A stretch of DNA of 64,000 nt from NCBI GenBank assembly GCA_951406725.2, contig OX597823.1, positions 74,710,001 through 74,774,000 of the forward strand, in the 5' to 3' direction. Of this stretch, positions 1 through 13,289 are shown one piece after another (position 1 is the stretch's first letter; the number at the start of each line of letters is the position of its first letter). Made by a program: the position numbers and the translations under genes. Under the pieces are notes generated by a model. The model was not told the DNA's origin and searched no databases. It saw only the letters and a program-made list of their open reading frames with translations. The DNA comes from Octopus vulgaris (taxonomy: Eukaryota).

Positions 1-875
1 TAGTCGATAATTTAGTGGCAAGAATTTGTAATCTGGTACACCTGATTTTATGTGAGTCTTATGGAATTCGAGAAGAATATAACTGGATTTAATCAGCCCC
101 ATTAAACAAGCAGTTAATGAGAAAAGATAAGTTGACCTGGAATTACTGTCACATACTAATCAAAAGGCACTAATTTTGTTTTCAGAAAGAAGTACAGGAA
201 TTTCGCAAATGTAATATAACAATGTTATATTCACTCGTTATAACTGGAAATAAAGATATCACAAAATAAAACGTCATTTGTAAGTGTTGAAGTAAAAAAA
301 CTTCATGCTTTTATTAACTGCTTTCGATGTCATGCAGGATTTCGTGCACTTTTATCTAGAAATATCTGGCTTTTACATCTCTATGTTCCTTCTATGTTAT
401 TTATGTTAGGTTTGTAGCAGCTAACAGCATCTTCGAAATGGGCATATATTCTCCTTTATCAAATTGAAATCAGAATATTTCAAAATATTATTACAGCTGA
501 TTCTAATTATATTTCGCTCAATGTTTTGTTTATATTCGGGTCACGTTTTCTCTGCCGTCACAAGTAGCATTTGAATGTATTCGAGTAGTTCATCATCATG
601 CATATCATTGCCGTTAATCTGTCGTATTGCTTAAGAGAATTTGCTACTCTATTACAACATAAGAACCTACCAAATAGAAGTTTCCTATTGTCACAACATA
701 ACTCAGCAGAATTTCATGTACCTGTATTGCATAGAGGTAGCACAAGACCTTGTGGAACACAAGGCCTCGTAGAAACAAATCCCATAAACATATATATTTT
801 TAAACATATATACAAGATGTAACTACCGATATAAATCTTAGCAGATTCTGAAAATTTAATGATTATATTAAAATA

Positions 876-1442
876 TTGGGTTGTCCTGAATGCTCGTACC
901 GAGTTTTAAAGGAAAGAAAAAGGTCAATAAATACTTACCATTAAATTTTTAATCAACAAAATATCAACCATGTTGTTGCACAATGCGTCTCCATCTTTCC
1001 TTTAACTTGAACATACCTCCTTCGCAGAATTGAGATGGTTTCATGGCAAAGACTTCATCAAGGTATCTTTTTACGCCAAACAAGGAATTGAAATTTTCAT
1101 CATTAAGACTATTCTGCAGAGACCTGACTAAGTGGAAATCCGAAGGAGCAATATCTGGTGAATATGGAGGGTAGTGTAACACATCCCAGCCGAGATGCAG
1201 CAATTTTTGTCTGGTTCCCAAAGCATCAAGTGTCGAAAATGAACTTTTTTTTCTTCCATTTTAAAGCGTTACAGAATTAACACCGGTTATAGGAACATAA
1301 ACCTTCTTCCATGAAAAGATAGCTTAAAATGTGCTCGAAATGGAGGTGTAGTCAAATCCTATTTTATGAACTCAAACATGTTCTAAAATAAGTCGAAACG
1401 TAAGCTTACTATAAATCGGCACGAACTTTCTGGACAACCCAA
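876..1442 (-). mobile_element. Non-autonomous mariner (Tc1/mariner) element, internally deleted
   Basis: TIRs TTGGGTTGTCCTGAATGCTCGTACCGA (876) and TCGGCACGAACTTTCTGGACAACCCAA (to 1442), flanked by TA. The minus strand encodes N-terminal MEEKKVHFRHLMLWE joined directly to C-terminal LGWDVLHYPPYSPDIAPSDFHL...ERWRRIV (mariner YSPDLAPSD motif). Confidence 0.93.
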
Positions 1443-1482
1443 TAATATTCTATTTTATTGTCTTAAAACATTAAATATTACT

Positions 1483-1625
1483 TTATTTTCTACTCTAGGC
1501 ACAAGGGTCAACATTTTTGGGGAGTGGGCCAGCCGATTAGATCGTCCCCAGTGCGCAACTGGTATTTAATTTATCGACTCCGAAAGGATGAAAGGCAAAG
1601 TCGACCTCAGTGAAATTTGAATTCA
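1483..1625 (-). mobile_element. SINE family A, 3' fragment
   Basis: Reverse complement of the family A core (GTCGACTTTGCCTTTCATCCTTTCGG...TACCAGTTGCGCACTGGGG) with the second-monomer tail. Confidence 0.85.
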
Positions 1626-1960
1626 CTTAAAATATTAGTGTCCATTCAAAGTTGGTGGCTTTTGAATTACGAAAGCTTATAAAGAAGAAGGAGATAGAAT
1701 GAACAGATAGAATAATGAAGGGGAGATAACCAACACTACAATATACATGGTAAAAATAAGGAAATCAGATGGGAATGATATATGGCATGTCCTGATGTTT
1801 ATTTTTATATTCCGCCAACAAGTATTGTATTTTCAATGCGGACGTATGGAAAAATCTCGTTCTCGCAGTCATAAGAGACTAATGAGTTCGTTTAAAGATG
1901 TTGTCTTTCGAGAGTTAATATTGAACGTATATTTGACATGTTAATATATATAGTTTGGTT

Positions 1961-2399
1961 AAGGCAGCGAGCTGTCAGAAACTTCAGGACACCGGGCGAA
2001 ATATTTTGTGGTATTTCGTCTGCTGCTATGTTCTGAGTTCAAATTCCGCCGAAGTCGACTTTGCCTTTCATCCTTTCGGGGTCGTTAGATTTAGTACCAG
2101 TAGTTACACACAGGAGTCGATGTAATCGATTTAATCCTTTTCTTTGTCCTTGTTTTTCCCCTCTATGTTTAACCCCTAGTGGGCAATACAGAAATAAGAA
2201 ACGTTAGCACACCGGGCGAAATGGTTAGCGGTATTTCGTCTGACTTTACGTTCTGAGTTCAAATTCCACCGAGGTCGACTTTGCCTTTCATCCTTTCGGG
2301 TTCTATAAATTAAATACCAGTTGCGTACTGGTGTCAATCTAATCAACCAGCCCCCTACCCCCAAAATTTCGGGCCTTGTACTTAGATCAGAAAAGAATA
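1961..2399 (+). mobile_element. tRNA-derived SINE family A, dimeric copy
   Basis: Head AAGGCAGCGAGCTGTCAGAA, B-box-like GAGTTCAAATTCC and core GTCGACTTTGCCTTTCATCCTTTCGGG; the core occurs twice (about 2030-2100 and 2250-2320) with different tails. Confidence 0.9.
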
Positions 2400-2894
2400 T
2401 ATAATTTGGTTTTGGAAAGAATTTCCGAATCATATTGTGTTTAAAAGCTTCGGCTGTAAATTTCCAGGCTAATGTCTTGAGGTTTGTATGCTTCTCCTCT
2501 GGGTGTCTACTTTGAACACAACTGGCATATGCTCTTGCTTTTATTACCTTGAAAACTGGTGAAATAATTTTATGTTTCAATCAGGAACCTATGGGTAGCC
2601 GTATTTCCCTTAGCTGTGTTAGCATGTCTGCCTATATGTTTAAGAATTTGCTCATATTCAAATGAATTCATAAAGAGTATGTCATATTATACCGACTAAA
2701 GTATACTCTCCACAAAAACAATAGGGTCGACTCAAATTTGAAAACCCTTCATGTTCTTGCAGTAAACTAACCGCCACGTAATTACTGAGCAACAAAAAAG
2801 TAGGTTATTAAATGGAGTTTCGAATATAAATCGAGGAAATCAATAAATATATTTAGATAACAAAAAGCACTGAGGAATTATTTTTATTATTTAT

Positions 2895-3195
2895 GCGGCA
2901 TTTTCTAGCCTAGCCAGGCTCATGGGCCCGGTTTCCCTGTTTCTATGGCGTGTGTGTTCACCCCAGCAGGACGGGATGCCAGTCCATCACAGCGTTACTC
3001 AAGAAACATGAAGAAAGATTGAGAGAAAGTTGGGGCGAAAGAGTACAATATGGGTCGCCACTACACCTGCCGTAGCCTCGTGGATCTTTAGGTGTTTTCG
3101 CTCAATAAACACACACAACGCCCGGTCTGTGAAACGAAACCACGATCCTCCAACTGCGAGTCTGCTGCCCTAACCACTGGGCCATTGCGTCTCCA
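2895..3195 (-). mobile_element. tRNA-derived SINE family C (V-SINE-like domain)
   Basis: Minus-strand head TGGCCCAGTGGTTAGGG (A-box-like). GATGGACTGGCATCCCGTCC resembles the V-SINE domain. The 3' part is shared with 4121-4350. Confidence 0.75.
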
Positions 3196-4120
3196 CAGGC
3201 ATAAATTTAGGTTGCAGAAAATATCGAGAAATTTGAAAATGGAGAACTGGAGTCTAACTCGACGTCTGCCGTTTAACTGATGTTTGCAATCGGCAGTTAC
3301 GTGGATCAGAGCAATTTTCTCTGTGATGTGTACTTTATGCAATATGCTATATACATGATATTCATTTATATTTTCATACGTTTAAAAAAAAGATGTTTTC
3401 TCAAAGTTCCTTTTGAAAGCTTCAAAGCAACAACAGCATATGATAACCAGCATGTGATTGGTGTAACTAAATTTTCTGATCTATTTGGTTTATTTATATC
3501 AGTGGGATATATAATAGTGGGTATCGTAGCTGTCCCATCGCCGGCAAGTAGCGTTGGTTCATTGCCATTTTAGTAAATTGCTATAAATACCAATTTTTAA
3601 ATTGCACAATAATTGAAATGAAACAAGTTTCACAAACACTCATATTTATGTAACATGCACACTTACACACACTGATACCCGCGCGCGCATATACACAAAT
3701 ATTCACGCAAAGGAATTCATACAGGAGCGCACAAACACGCATGCACATATATAAGAATCGTAACCCAGGAGAAGAGTTGTGCCACACCTTGATCTGTATT
3801 GTATTGGTTTTTTTTATTAGTATCTCGTCTTGAATTCCAATCCAGATACCATGAGTTTTCCGTTTTTATTGTGTCTGTACATTACTATATTTATTACTTG
3901 ATGTATATTAAGCAACAAAAATATAACGTGAGGTCAATCAAACTGGTAACAACATTTCTACTCCTAAACGGACACATAATTATATATGCTAGGTTACAAA
4001 TTAATTTTTTTCAGTCTCCAGAAGTAATGATAAATACAGAACATACGATACATCCCTTTTCTATGATACCTTCAAAAATTAATCCACCCAAATATTTAGC
4101 AAATACTAAGACCAATAATG

Positions 4121-4350
4121 TAGAAGTGTGTCGCTTAGTGGTTAGGGTGTCAACATCAGGATCGTAGAAATGTGATTTCGATTCCTGGACCGGGCGACGC
4201 GTTGTGTTCTTGACCAATTCACTTCATTTCACGTTGCTCCAGTCCACTCAGCTGCGATGGACTGGCGTCCCGTCCAGCTGGGGAACACATACGTCATTGA
4301 AACCGGGAACCCGGGCCCATGAGCCTGGTCAGGCCTTAAAAGAGCGCATT
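4121..4350 (+). mobile_element. tRNA-derived SINE family C (V-SINE-like domain)
   Basis: GCTTAGTGGTTAGG A-box-like and TTCGATTCC B-box-like motifs, GCGATGGACTGGCGTCCCGTCCAG V-like domain, and a GGGCCCATGAGCCTGG tail matching the 2895-3195 copy in inverted orientation. Confidence 0.75.
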
Positions 4351-4728
4351 TATTTTATTTTTAAGACAAGTAGATATCTATATTGGATATAGCAAAGTAA
4401 TATTTCTGGTGATATCCATTTTTACCAACTTACTCGTAATTTGGTTAACTTTCCCCATAAACACGTCGCACAAATATATTAAATATAAAATACAGATTTA
4501 CAAGCGCAGGAAATATTGTATACTTATATATACGCAATGTCTACTTGTAAGGACGCGGCATATCTTTATGCAACCATAATATACTACAAAGTATATTAAA
4601 CATTTTTATAAGTCATTACCGTGTTCAACTGTGTTAGCAGTGTGCTTTACATCATTCGTTAAGGTTGTCTCTACAGATATTCGATGGAAATTATAGCCAG
4701 CATTTTTTGGTCACAATATTACGTAATG

Positions 4729-4730
<2 letters not shown>

Positions 4731-4768
<38 letters not shown>
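4731..4768. repeat. (GT)n microsatellite
   Basis: Direct inspection. Confidence 0.95.
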
Positions 4769-4771
<3 letters not shown>

Positions 4772-6899
4772 CATACATACACACACATACAAATATATAT
4801 AGAGAGAAAGAGGAAAGAGAGGATGAGAAGTGAGATGTAGTAAAAAATGTAATATGATTAAAGGTTGGTTCTCGACAGAAATATTACTCGAAACCAAAGC
4901 TTAAAAATATAAATAATATTTTTTGAGATAATCAATTTTTCTATTCATAGGTAATTTTCTTTTTTTTTTTCAAACTGAATTTGTGTTGATTTTCAATATA
5001 TATTTGATTCTTTTACATGAGTTCTGTATCACATCTAACAAATTATTTTGTTTGTACTATTAAGAAAAAAGAAGGCAAATTTGTATTAAGTTTTTGGCGA
5101 ACGATTTCACAGAGGTAATATCGCTTATTTATCAATGTCCGAGTCTCACCGGCTATAAATAGAGACTGTGCTCTTGGTAGGATTATACGGTGTGTTTGCG
5201 AGACGTGTCTACTCTTCCGTATGTAATCACATCGTCCCCCTTGCTATTCAGTGGATGTTTTGCCACAATATCTCAGTTGTCAGAAAATATGCATACTAGC
5301 ATACTAGCATTTAGTTTCATGACTCCATTTTCTCATATCCCATCCTACAGGGCTGATAAAATGCGTCATCATCACGTAGAGCATCAATGTAACTGACTGA
5401 GTTTCTCAAACCATGGTGCCTTGGGGAGTTTATTACGATATCAATTTCTGAATAGATGTAGATCGATTTTATCATACCTCGGTTTCATTACCACAGATGC
5501 ATTAACTGCATATAGTTTCAAATGGTTGTGTTCTATACACCAACTGTATTCTCCACGCTTATGGTGTCATTTGCAAAATACATTTCTGTAACCTATATCA
5601 TATGTAATATCTGGACACAAAATAACTTTGCCTGAATTTAGTATATGTCAGCCCGCTCCAGAAAAAAACCTCAATGTTCTACATGTTGTTTTACAATATT
5701 GTATTATATAAATTACTGTTTTAATTAGACATACTACCATGATCCATAAGTCGCAAGAAATGCACATTGAATAACGAAATATACGTGGATAATATAATTA
5801 CTTGTGGTCTGAATTTGATCCATACAAGAGGAAATTATTATCTTTCGCAGTACAGTACACCTATGGCCATATGCAATGCCATCGGAGTTTTAGAAGAATG
5901 ATGTACATAAAGGACTGGCCATACTACATTCATATAGTCTGTATCTTGCTTTAAGTAGCTTGTGGCACTTCATTTATGAAAATACTTTACTTAGTGCTAA
6001 GATTCCTTAGAAATATAATCCTTCGATATTTATAGTCAATGAACATCTGAACCAGATGACATGAAATGAAGAGCAATTTATCTAAAGATTTGCAATTACT
6101 GTTTGGAGAAAAATGGTATATTTTTGATCTGGAGCAAATTGTTTTGCTCTTTTAAAAGAAAACTTCTAGCTATACATGATTAGTCACGTCCTACAAAAGA
6201 ATTTTTCAACAATGTTATTGACAACGTATGATTAAGTGTGCTGCAGCCACAACAACATCAACAACAAAACTAACATAGATGTATGTTTGTTCTATTTCGC
6301 CAATCGTATATTGCAGACATAAAAAATTAGAAATATGAGAAAAATTTTGCTATTTGTAAATATTACAAATGATATGTACGCAAAAAATGTATTCAAGCCA
6401 AATTTTCATTATAGAGATATAAAATTTAACAATCCTAGTTTCAGAAAAAAGGGGTCATGAAACCCCTTATATGGTTTTACTTACACATCGCAAAAAGAAT
6501 CTATGTAAAATGTATCTTCGCAAATTCTGATTTCACACAATTTGATGAAGTAAAATTGCTAAACACTATAGAAATTAATGATTCCACCGAATATGGTATC
6601 ACCAATGTTTAAGTCATAGAGCCGTAAGAGTACTAGCAGAATCTGATGCTAAAAGAAATGCATATAAGTTCGCAATTGCTGGTAATGGTCGCTGAAAGCA
6701 ATTAGGAAAAAAGTGTGCTTCTTATTTATTTACAGTGGATGCGGTGACTATATTTTCAATTACATTGTATGACAAGTTTCCTTTATGGCTTATTCAGGCA
6801 TGAAATAATAGTGTACATTTCTTGTTTGCTGGTTTGCGTGACTAGCAAAGGTACGAGAAGGAAAAAAAATATTTCACAAGATATAACCATAGACACTAA

Positions 6900-7600
6900 C
6901 TTACAAAGTTATTCAGTTGTAATGACATTTGGTTTGAATGCTAGGCCGTTCCTAAACAGAACAACATTAAGAACAATCAAATAACTGATGAAGTGTGAAA
7001 CTTATGAAGTCAAATACTAATGCTTTCATCGAAGGAGCTTCTGTGCATATTTCAATCTGTCCTTACCCTCTGTTATTTCATGTTGTGGGATCGAACCCTA
7101 GACATAAAGACTGTCGAGCAAAGTCCTAACTACGGACGCGAAACTGCAACGTAGCAAAATCTGCAGTTTCCGTTACTTCAAGTCATACAATATCTGGAGT
7201 TTGTATGACGAGTTCTGAACGAGCAGTGTTGCAAAGTTACAGAAATTTCCTTCTTTCGTTGCAAATTTGTTTTACATTCAGTTATTGGAAACATTACATT
7301 TTGTTCCATAGCAAAGTGACAAGGGCAAATATGAAAACCCATCTGCTGCTAGATGCACTAACATTTATTTTATATTAAGAAACCAGGAAAGCAAGGAGGC
7401 AATAATGTTTCCTATCCAATTATACGCATAACATTATTCCTTGAAATATTTAGTTCCATTGGAAAATAGCAGGGGGTAAATAAATTAATTTAGCCGCTTC
7501 TTTCGGTGTGCCTTCAGACATTTTAGAAATAAATACCCCAAACATTGTCACTAAAGATTAGGCACGGCCGGAAATTACTATACTTCATGGATTTTGATTA
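6900..7600 (-). pseudogene. Highly decayed non-LTR retrotransposon RT relic (tentative)
   Basis: Minus-strand fragments in RT order: EGTPKE (QGxPQG-like, about 7510), VHLAADG (YADD-like, about 7345), KTNLQRK (about 7265) and a frameshifted DSxxYLGS-like motif (about 7100). Many stops; boundaries approximate. Confidence 0.3.
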
Positions 7601-9252
7601 ATTAAAATATGTGTATTATATAATGGTGTATTATGTCCTGAAGAAACTGAGGTAATAATTATTTTTTCCTTGCTAAGGGTGAAATATATTAGTTATGGCT
7701 TACTTATACAAAAAGGGTCTATTCTCTGTATTGCATTGACTGTAATTGGAATTCCCATTTCTACATTTAATCTTCGCAGTGATTCAAAATATATAAATAT
7801 AAATTGACTTCAAAATATATAAGATGGTTTAGAAAATACGCTAGATTTGTAGATAATGAATTGAACTTAATTCTGCATCAATGTGTAACATCACTTGGTT
7901 CTTTGAGCAAGTTCTTTATTTCCATCTCATTTGAAGCGTCGCAAAATGCTTCATGTAATTTACTAGCAATAGTGTTATTAGACCGTTTGAAATCTAACGT
8001 ACTAACTTGAGTCTGGTATTACAATGCATATCCTTTACACTCAGAATCCATATATCTAAAAGTAATTTTGCGTTTCCGACTTTCATTTCTTCCCACAGTG
8101 TAAGGTGAATCTTATGTAAGTATAAAACTTGCACATGATATATTATATTATGTTATAGTATAGTGTAGTGTATCATATTTTACATTAATTGCAGAATAAC
8201 ATGCTAGCAAAAATTCTTACAAACGTATACACAGATAATTGTCAGCTACAAAACCCCTCGCAGTTTCCGTACAAAGCGACATATTCATCGGTTTTGGGTA
8301 AGAGGAATTGCATTAATCTGAAACAATACGCATGTATATGCTTTATTCTCCTTACCCTTTCAATACTGTTATCTGCCGAGGTATATCTTCAATATTACAA
8401 AAGCAATACAGCCAGTCCTATTCTAAAGAGCAACAACACTATCTCACGATGCAAAACTTACCCGATAGCATTCAGTTCAAACAAGTAAAATGTGACGCTG
8501 ACTGTCTGTAACCACTATCTGTCCGAGCAATCTTGCTTCCATAAAATAAACACAAAAACAGCACTAAATAAATGATCAAGTAAACCTTATTTCGCTGAAT
8601 CCCACCAAAATATGAAAGGCAAGCAACGTTTTCTGTAATTAATTTCGCGCATAATTTTAGAATATTTTATTGTTGATTAGTTGAATTTGTAATATTATTT
8701 GTGTATGAAGTCATCTATAATTTCTATGAATTTTAATTGCAGAATTTATAAAGTTATTTTAGACAATATATTCCATTTGTAGATGAACAAGAGACATATA
8801 TATTTGCATAAATGTGTGCTCATTATATAACATCAGGGAGCTCCTTGTGTCACATTATTTCATTAATATTTCATATGTCATGTAATACTGATCCTGTACC
8901 TGAAATTGTATATTGTAGTAGTCAAAGGTTAACGTCGTTTAATGAATCCATTTGTAAAACTGATCTGGTGAGGGCAGAAGTATTCCGACGAAAGATAGTT
9001 GAGAGAATAGGAAAGGAAAGAAAAGGAGACATACATTAAAGTGCTCACCTCTCCTCAACTTCTCTTTTTAGCTACGATACTTCTTTGATTTATATCTCAA
9101 ACCTAGGTATAACAGTAAAAAAATAACAATGTAAATTTTATTTTTCATTCGTTTCGAAAATTGGTCTTAAATGTGGTTTGGGCGTTTCGACTGCTTCTTC
9201 TAACGTGTAAAAATTACCTGTTAAAGGTAGTTTATTCTTGTGTTTAAATGTA

Positions 9253-9286
<34 letters not shown>

Positions 9287-9290
<4 letters not shown>

Positions 9291-9400
9291 TGACGTATTT
9301 TTGCCATTTCAATATGGCATCCACTCTTAGGGGTTAGCCATAAAATACGTCACGATGTGTTACCGCTACTGTATATAACTAACTCTGATATTTATCATTA
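9287..9400. repeat. Short fold-back insert between two (TA)n tracts
   Basis: ATCGTGACGTATTTT (9287-9301) and AAAATACGTCACGAT (9342-9356) form an inverted repeat with an inner TGCCAT/ATGGCA hairpin; (TA)n on both sides. Confidence 0.8.
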
Positions 9401-9420
9401 TATATATATATATATATATA

Positions 9421-11097
9421 TAAGCTGAATCGGCCGGCAATACCCGGAGAAGTGGAGGGTATCTCCAGTTCCCGTTTCTGTTACACTTCCTAATGTCCTT
9501 CTCGTTCCATGTTCAGTTGCCGTTTATATTAGAAATATATTTACAAATAGACGGTGACGTGGGATACATTTACAAATACTGGCAGGCATTAGAGTTCAAT
9601 CATAAAATGTGTTAATTATAATTGTAAGACAATATCAAAGTTGAATTTGTGGATGGTTGGAAGGATGAGCGTATTGACAATGTACGTCTATGAAAGCATT
9701 GATGGTTGATTATTATCAATTTTGAAGAGCCTCTTGATATAGTACACTTTTGGTTGTGCCCTCTGGAGCATAAATAAACAAATGATTTTGATGGCTGACG
9801 CTTGAGCATCCTACATATAGTTGACCAAGGCAAAAAAAAAAACAGGTTGTGCAAGGTTTAGGCCAACCACATCCAAGGGCCGTACCTGGGCCTTGTTCGT
9901 GGTCATTGCAAAACTCAGTTTTACAGGAAAATGCAGTCGCTTGAACTCGAACGGCATGTCAGAAGGAATCAGCGGAATTCGTGTTATGAAGACAACCTCA
10001 CCACTTCCTGGTAGCGTGTAAGACTCTTGGTATCATCTTCTTGGCTGTAAGACGTGTTCTACTGCAGAGCTTAGGTGAGTCCAGATCTCTTAAAAGCAAT
10101 CTTGTGATGCAAGTTGTGAGGAGGATTGCTGGTGCCAGGCTATTCGAAATGTCAGTGGGGTATTTCACAATTTCATCGGAGTTCAGCACATAGATCCAGT
10201 ATTTTGATGCTGCATTCTTTGGCTCTAAGATGACATGTGTTCTCAGTCATGTTTGGTCTTTAAATTGTATCCCCATGATTGGAAACACTGTAGCCATTAG
10301 TTCCTGTATGTCCGATACAATCTGTCCAAACGGCAAACTAGCCTGGCAAACCTATACACAGACTAGAGAGCCTTTTACCAACGTTCAGTAGCTTATGAAA
10401 GAAAGTCTCAGCTTTCCCATTACCACTGAGATGCACTGTGCTCCTTTCCCCAGAAAAGGAAAAATTTGGCTGCTATTTCTAGCACACAAATATTTCCCTT
10501 TCTGGGGAAAGAAACCGTTTTAGCGTGATTTCGATTCAAATATGAGTGTTAATCCACTAAAGCGTATGCGGGAAGTAATAGAACAAAGTATTGAAAATTC
10601 GCTCTCCCCGTCAGTAAACACATTCTCTCTCTCTCTCCCGTTCTGTCCCTGTCTCTCGTTCCCTCTGTCTCTCTCTCACATTCTCTGTCGCTCTGTTTCT
10701 TACTGTCTCCTCCACTTGAACTGATATCAGCCACCCTTAATAAGCCACGAGATTTCACTCAACGTGCTAGTCATTTATGAAATAAAATGAAAGACAAGTA
10801 TAGTGCCATTGTTTCAGTTCCCTATTTCGGTGTCTCTTCCTGTCTTCTGTCTCCTCCTCTTCTCTGATATCAGCCAACACACATTATGCCATTACATTTC
10901 CCTCAACGGGCCCTCAACCTGACACATTTTTGCACCTTTCTCATTTTATCATATAATAACCCAATCCACGTATCAATTTTTATTGAAATCCAATTAGGCT
11001 AAAATTGAAGTAGATTTTAGTTGAAAAAGTATGCAACATTTGGTGAAGATTGGTTCACTGATATAGGCAGTTAGATGGTAGCAGATAGACAGAAATT

Positions 11098-11149
<52 letters not shown>

Positions 11150-11153
11150 TAGA
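9421..11153 (-). mobile_element. Non-autonomous Helitron carrying a decayed PIF1-like helicase C-terminus
   Basis: Minus-strand 5' end TCTATGCATATA...GTCTATCTG...GAACCAATCTTCACCAAAT (Helitron-like). The 3' end has a CCGG-GTATTG-CCGG hairpin followed by CAGCTTA (decayed CTAG). Internal helicase peptide as in the next feature. Confidence 0.75.
9800..10200 (-). pseudogene. Helitron RepHel PIF1-family helicase fragment (frameshifted)
   Basis: LLLRDLDSPKLCSRTRL...GEVVFITRIPLIPSDMPFEFKRLHFPVKLSFAMTTNKAQ...VVGLNLAQPVF...GQLYVGCS matches the PIF1/Helitron helicase C-terminal motifs (LCNGTRL, RxQFPxxLAFAMTINKSQG, HGQLYVAxSR). Confidence 0.9.
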
Positions 11154-11807
11154 TACAGGTTTATACGTACATATATATTATGTACATATGGAGTCAAGTA
11201 TGTGTGTCTATGTGGGTGCACCGACTGCCATTTTCGACTACATCCAATTCTGCTAATAAGTAAATTATATATACATACAGGAATTCTGTTTTTCATATAA
11301 ATAGATTGAAAATGCCACCAGTCGTCATTTATTATAGAAATAAGAATTCTACACAAAAGCATACGAATTCTGACATGTTTTACTGCTTATGGTAATATTT
11401 TCTTGTGAATATTTTGTTGCATATTATAAACATTGACTCCTCAACATTTGCTTATTGTAATAGACCAAATTCCGTGCTGGTCATTTTTCCAACGCAGTGT
11501 ACATCACATTAATATTGAAATTTATTGCTATTAATTACTTTTTCGAACTTGCTTTAAATAATTAGAATGTTGTCAGGCAAATTTTTATACTTTGTCTGAT
11601 TCAGGTCATATATTTAACGGAATATATTTAATATATATTGATAATAAATGTAAGAAGGAAAATTATGTGTTATAGAACAACCATTTCCCAGAGGAATAAT
11701 CATTGTTTTTGTAACGATTTATATATAGATATAAATCTGATGCAATATTTATTTCTCAGTGTTTTGCGCAGCATTAACAATCGTTTGTTCATTAATGCAT
11801 AGACAAG

Positions 11808-11886
11808 TATGTCTGTATCTACCTATCTACCTACCTACCTACCTACCTACCTACCTACCTACCTACTTATATACATACATACCTAC

Positions 11887-11924
<38 letters not shown>

Positions 11925-12048
11925 GTCTGTCTATCTGTCTATCTGTCCATCTATTTGTCTATCTATCTATCTACCTATCTATCTATCTATATATATCTAT
12001 CTATCTATCTACATGTCTATCCGTCAGTCTGTCTGTCTCTCTCTCTCG

Positions 12049-12108
<60 letters not shown>
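11808..12108. repeat. Compound microsatellite (CCTA)n/(CTAT)n/(TCTG)n/(TA)n
   Basis: Direct inspection; explains the YLPT/YLSI/IY ORFs. Confidence 0.95.
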
Positions 12109-12111
<3 letters not shown>

Positions 12112-13093
12112 CACACACATTAATATGTACATACACTTACACACGTATATACATACACAGCTATATGTATATATATGTGACTTTTTGTGTGTATGTCTTT
12201 GAGTGTAGGTTGTTCTAAATGTAAACAATTTCCAGATAAATTTCAAACATTCTAACTGTTGCTAAATGTTTCAAAATTTCGCTCAGGAGTATCAAAGTGG
12301 GCTTTCAATCAACATTTCTATAACATTTTGAACTTCTAAGTCGTCATCGACGTTTGACAAAAAATTGGCTTACAATGTGATCGAATGTATAAAGAGTACA
12401 TTCTAGCTTGAAAAGATTTTTTTTTCAGGATGAATGAAAATAGGTAAGAATAACAATTAAATTTAACTGAGCTTTCACTGGAGTAGATTTTCAGTACGCA
12501 AATTAAACGGGGAATGGCACTATGGAAATCTAACTAATAAGCAATGCCGTTTCTCTGAAGAGATAATTATATTTTTACTCTCGCAATGGTGTTCGTAATG
12601 AGGGTAAATTTAAACGTTTCACAGCAGTAACATGTCTCTGTACTTCAGAGGCATGCTATAAATGGTCAAGCGAGAATATGACATACTACGCAAAGTCATA
12701 TGTGGGAAAGATATTGGTTTTAGAAATTTAGTATAAATTACGTCAAGAAATTATGCATATCCCAATGATAGTGTTGGCTTTTTTATATGTATAGATGCAT
12801 TTGGTTTAATTATATCTCGGTATAGGAAACAGTTACTGAGTCTTATGTCAATAAATCACTTTTATTCCTGAAAGCTGCTTTTTAATATCTTCTACGAACT
12901 GCTCGAGCCTTACTTTCTTCGTACACCATGAACCTAGGATCTTATCTTTACATACATACATATATATATATATTTGAGTAGTTGAATGAATTATCTTGTT
13001 ATGGATAATTCGGTTAACCGATACCTGGGTAGCAAATTCACATCAGAGAAGACACGTTTGAAGTTACGTGCTTTCGTGTGGAAATGTGTATGT

Positions 13094-13213
13094 TTTTTTT
13101 AAAAATATAAATATATGAAAGAATGGAGTTGAACGACGAATTAACAAAATTCCTTTATTTTGTTAATTCGTCGTTCAACTCCATTCTTTCATATATTTAT
13201 ATTTTTAAAAAAA
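13094..13213. repeat. Perfect 57-bp-arm palindrome within a (TA)n-flanked insert
   Basis: 13094-13150 is the exact reverse complement of 13157-13213; 6-nt loop TCCTTT. Confidence 0.95.
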
Positions 13214-13214
13214 T

Positions 13215-13277
<63 letters not shown>

Positions 13278-13289
13278 TGTATGTATGTA

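Noticed and set aside
1961-2060. tRNA genes at SINE heads
   Set aside because: A/B-box-like motifs are present, but there is no cloverleaf and each continues into a SINE body.
6981-7010. CTGATGA-AGTGT-GAAA as a hammerhead
   Set aside because: No stem II or stem III can form, so this is a chance match.
9421-9465. CCGG...CCGG AGAAGTGGAGGG resembling a twister ribozyme 3' half
   Set aside because: It lacks the conserved GUCCCAAGC-type loop and the upstream P2 strand; better explained as the Helitron 3' hairpin on the minus strand.
11759-12246. Long ORFs rich in YI/YLSI/CV repeats (also near 14698, 24211, 32676, 34452, 40112, 55243, 61169)
   Set aside because: They are translations of (TA)n, (CTAT)n, (GT)n and triplet microsatellites, not genes.
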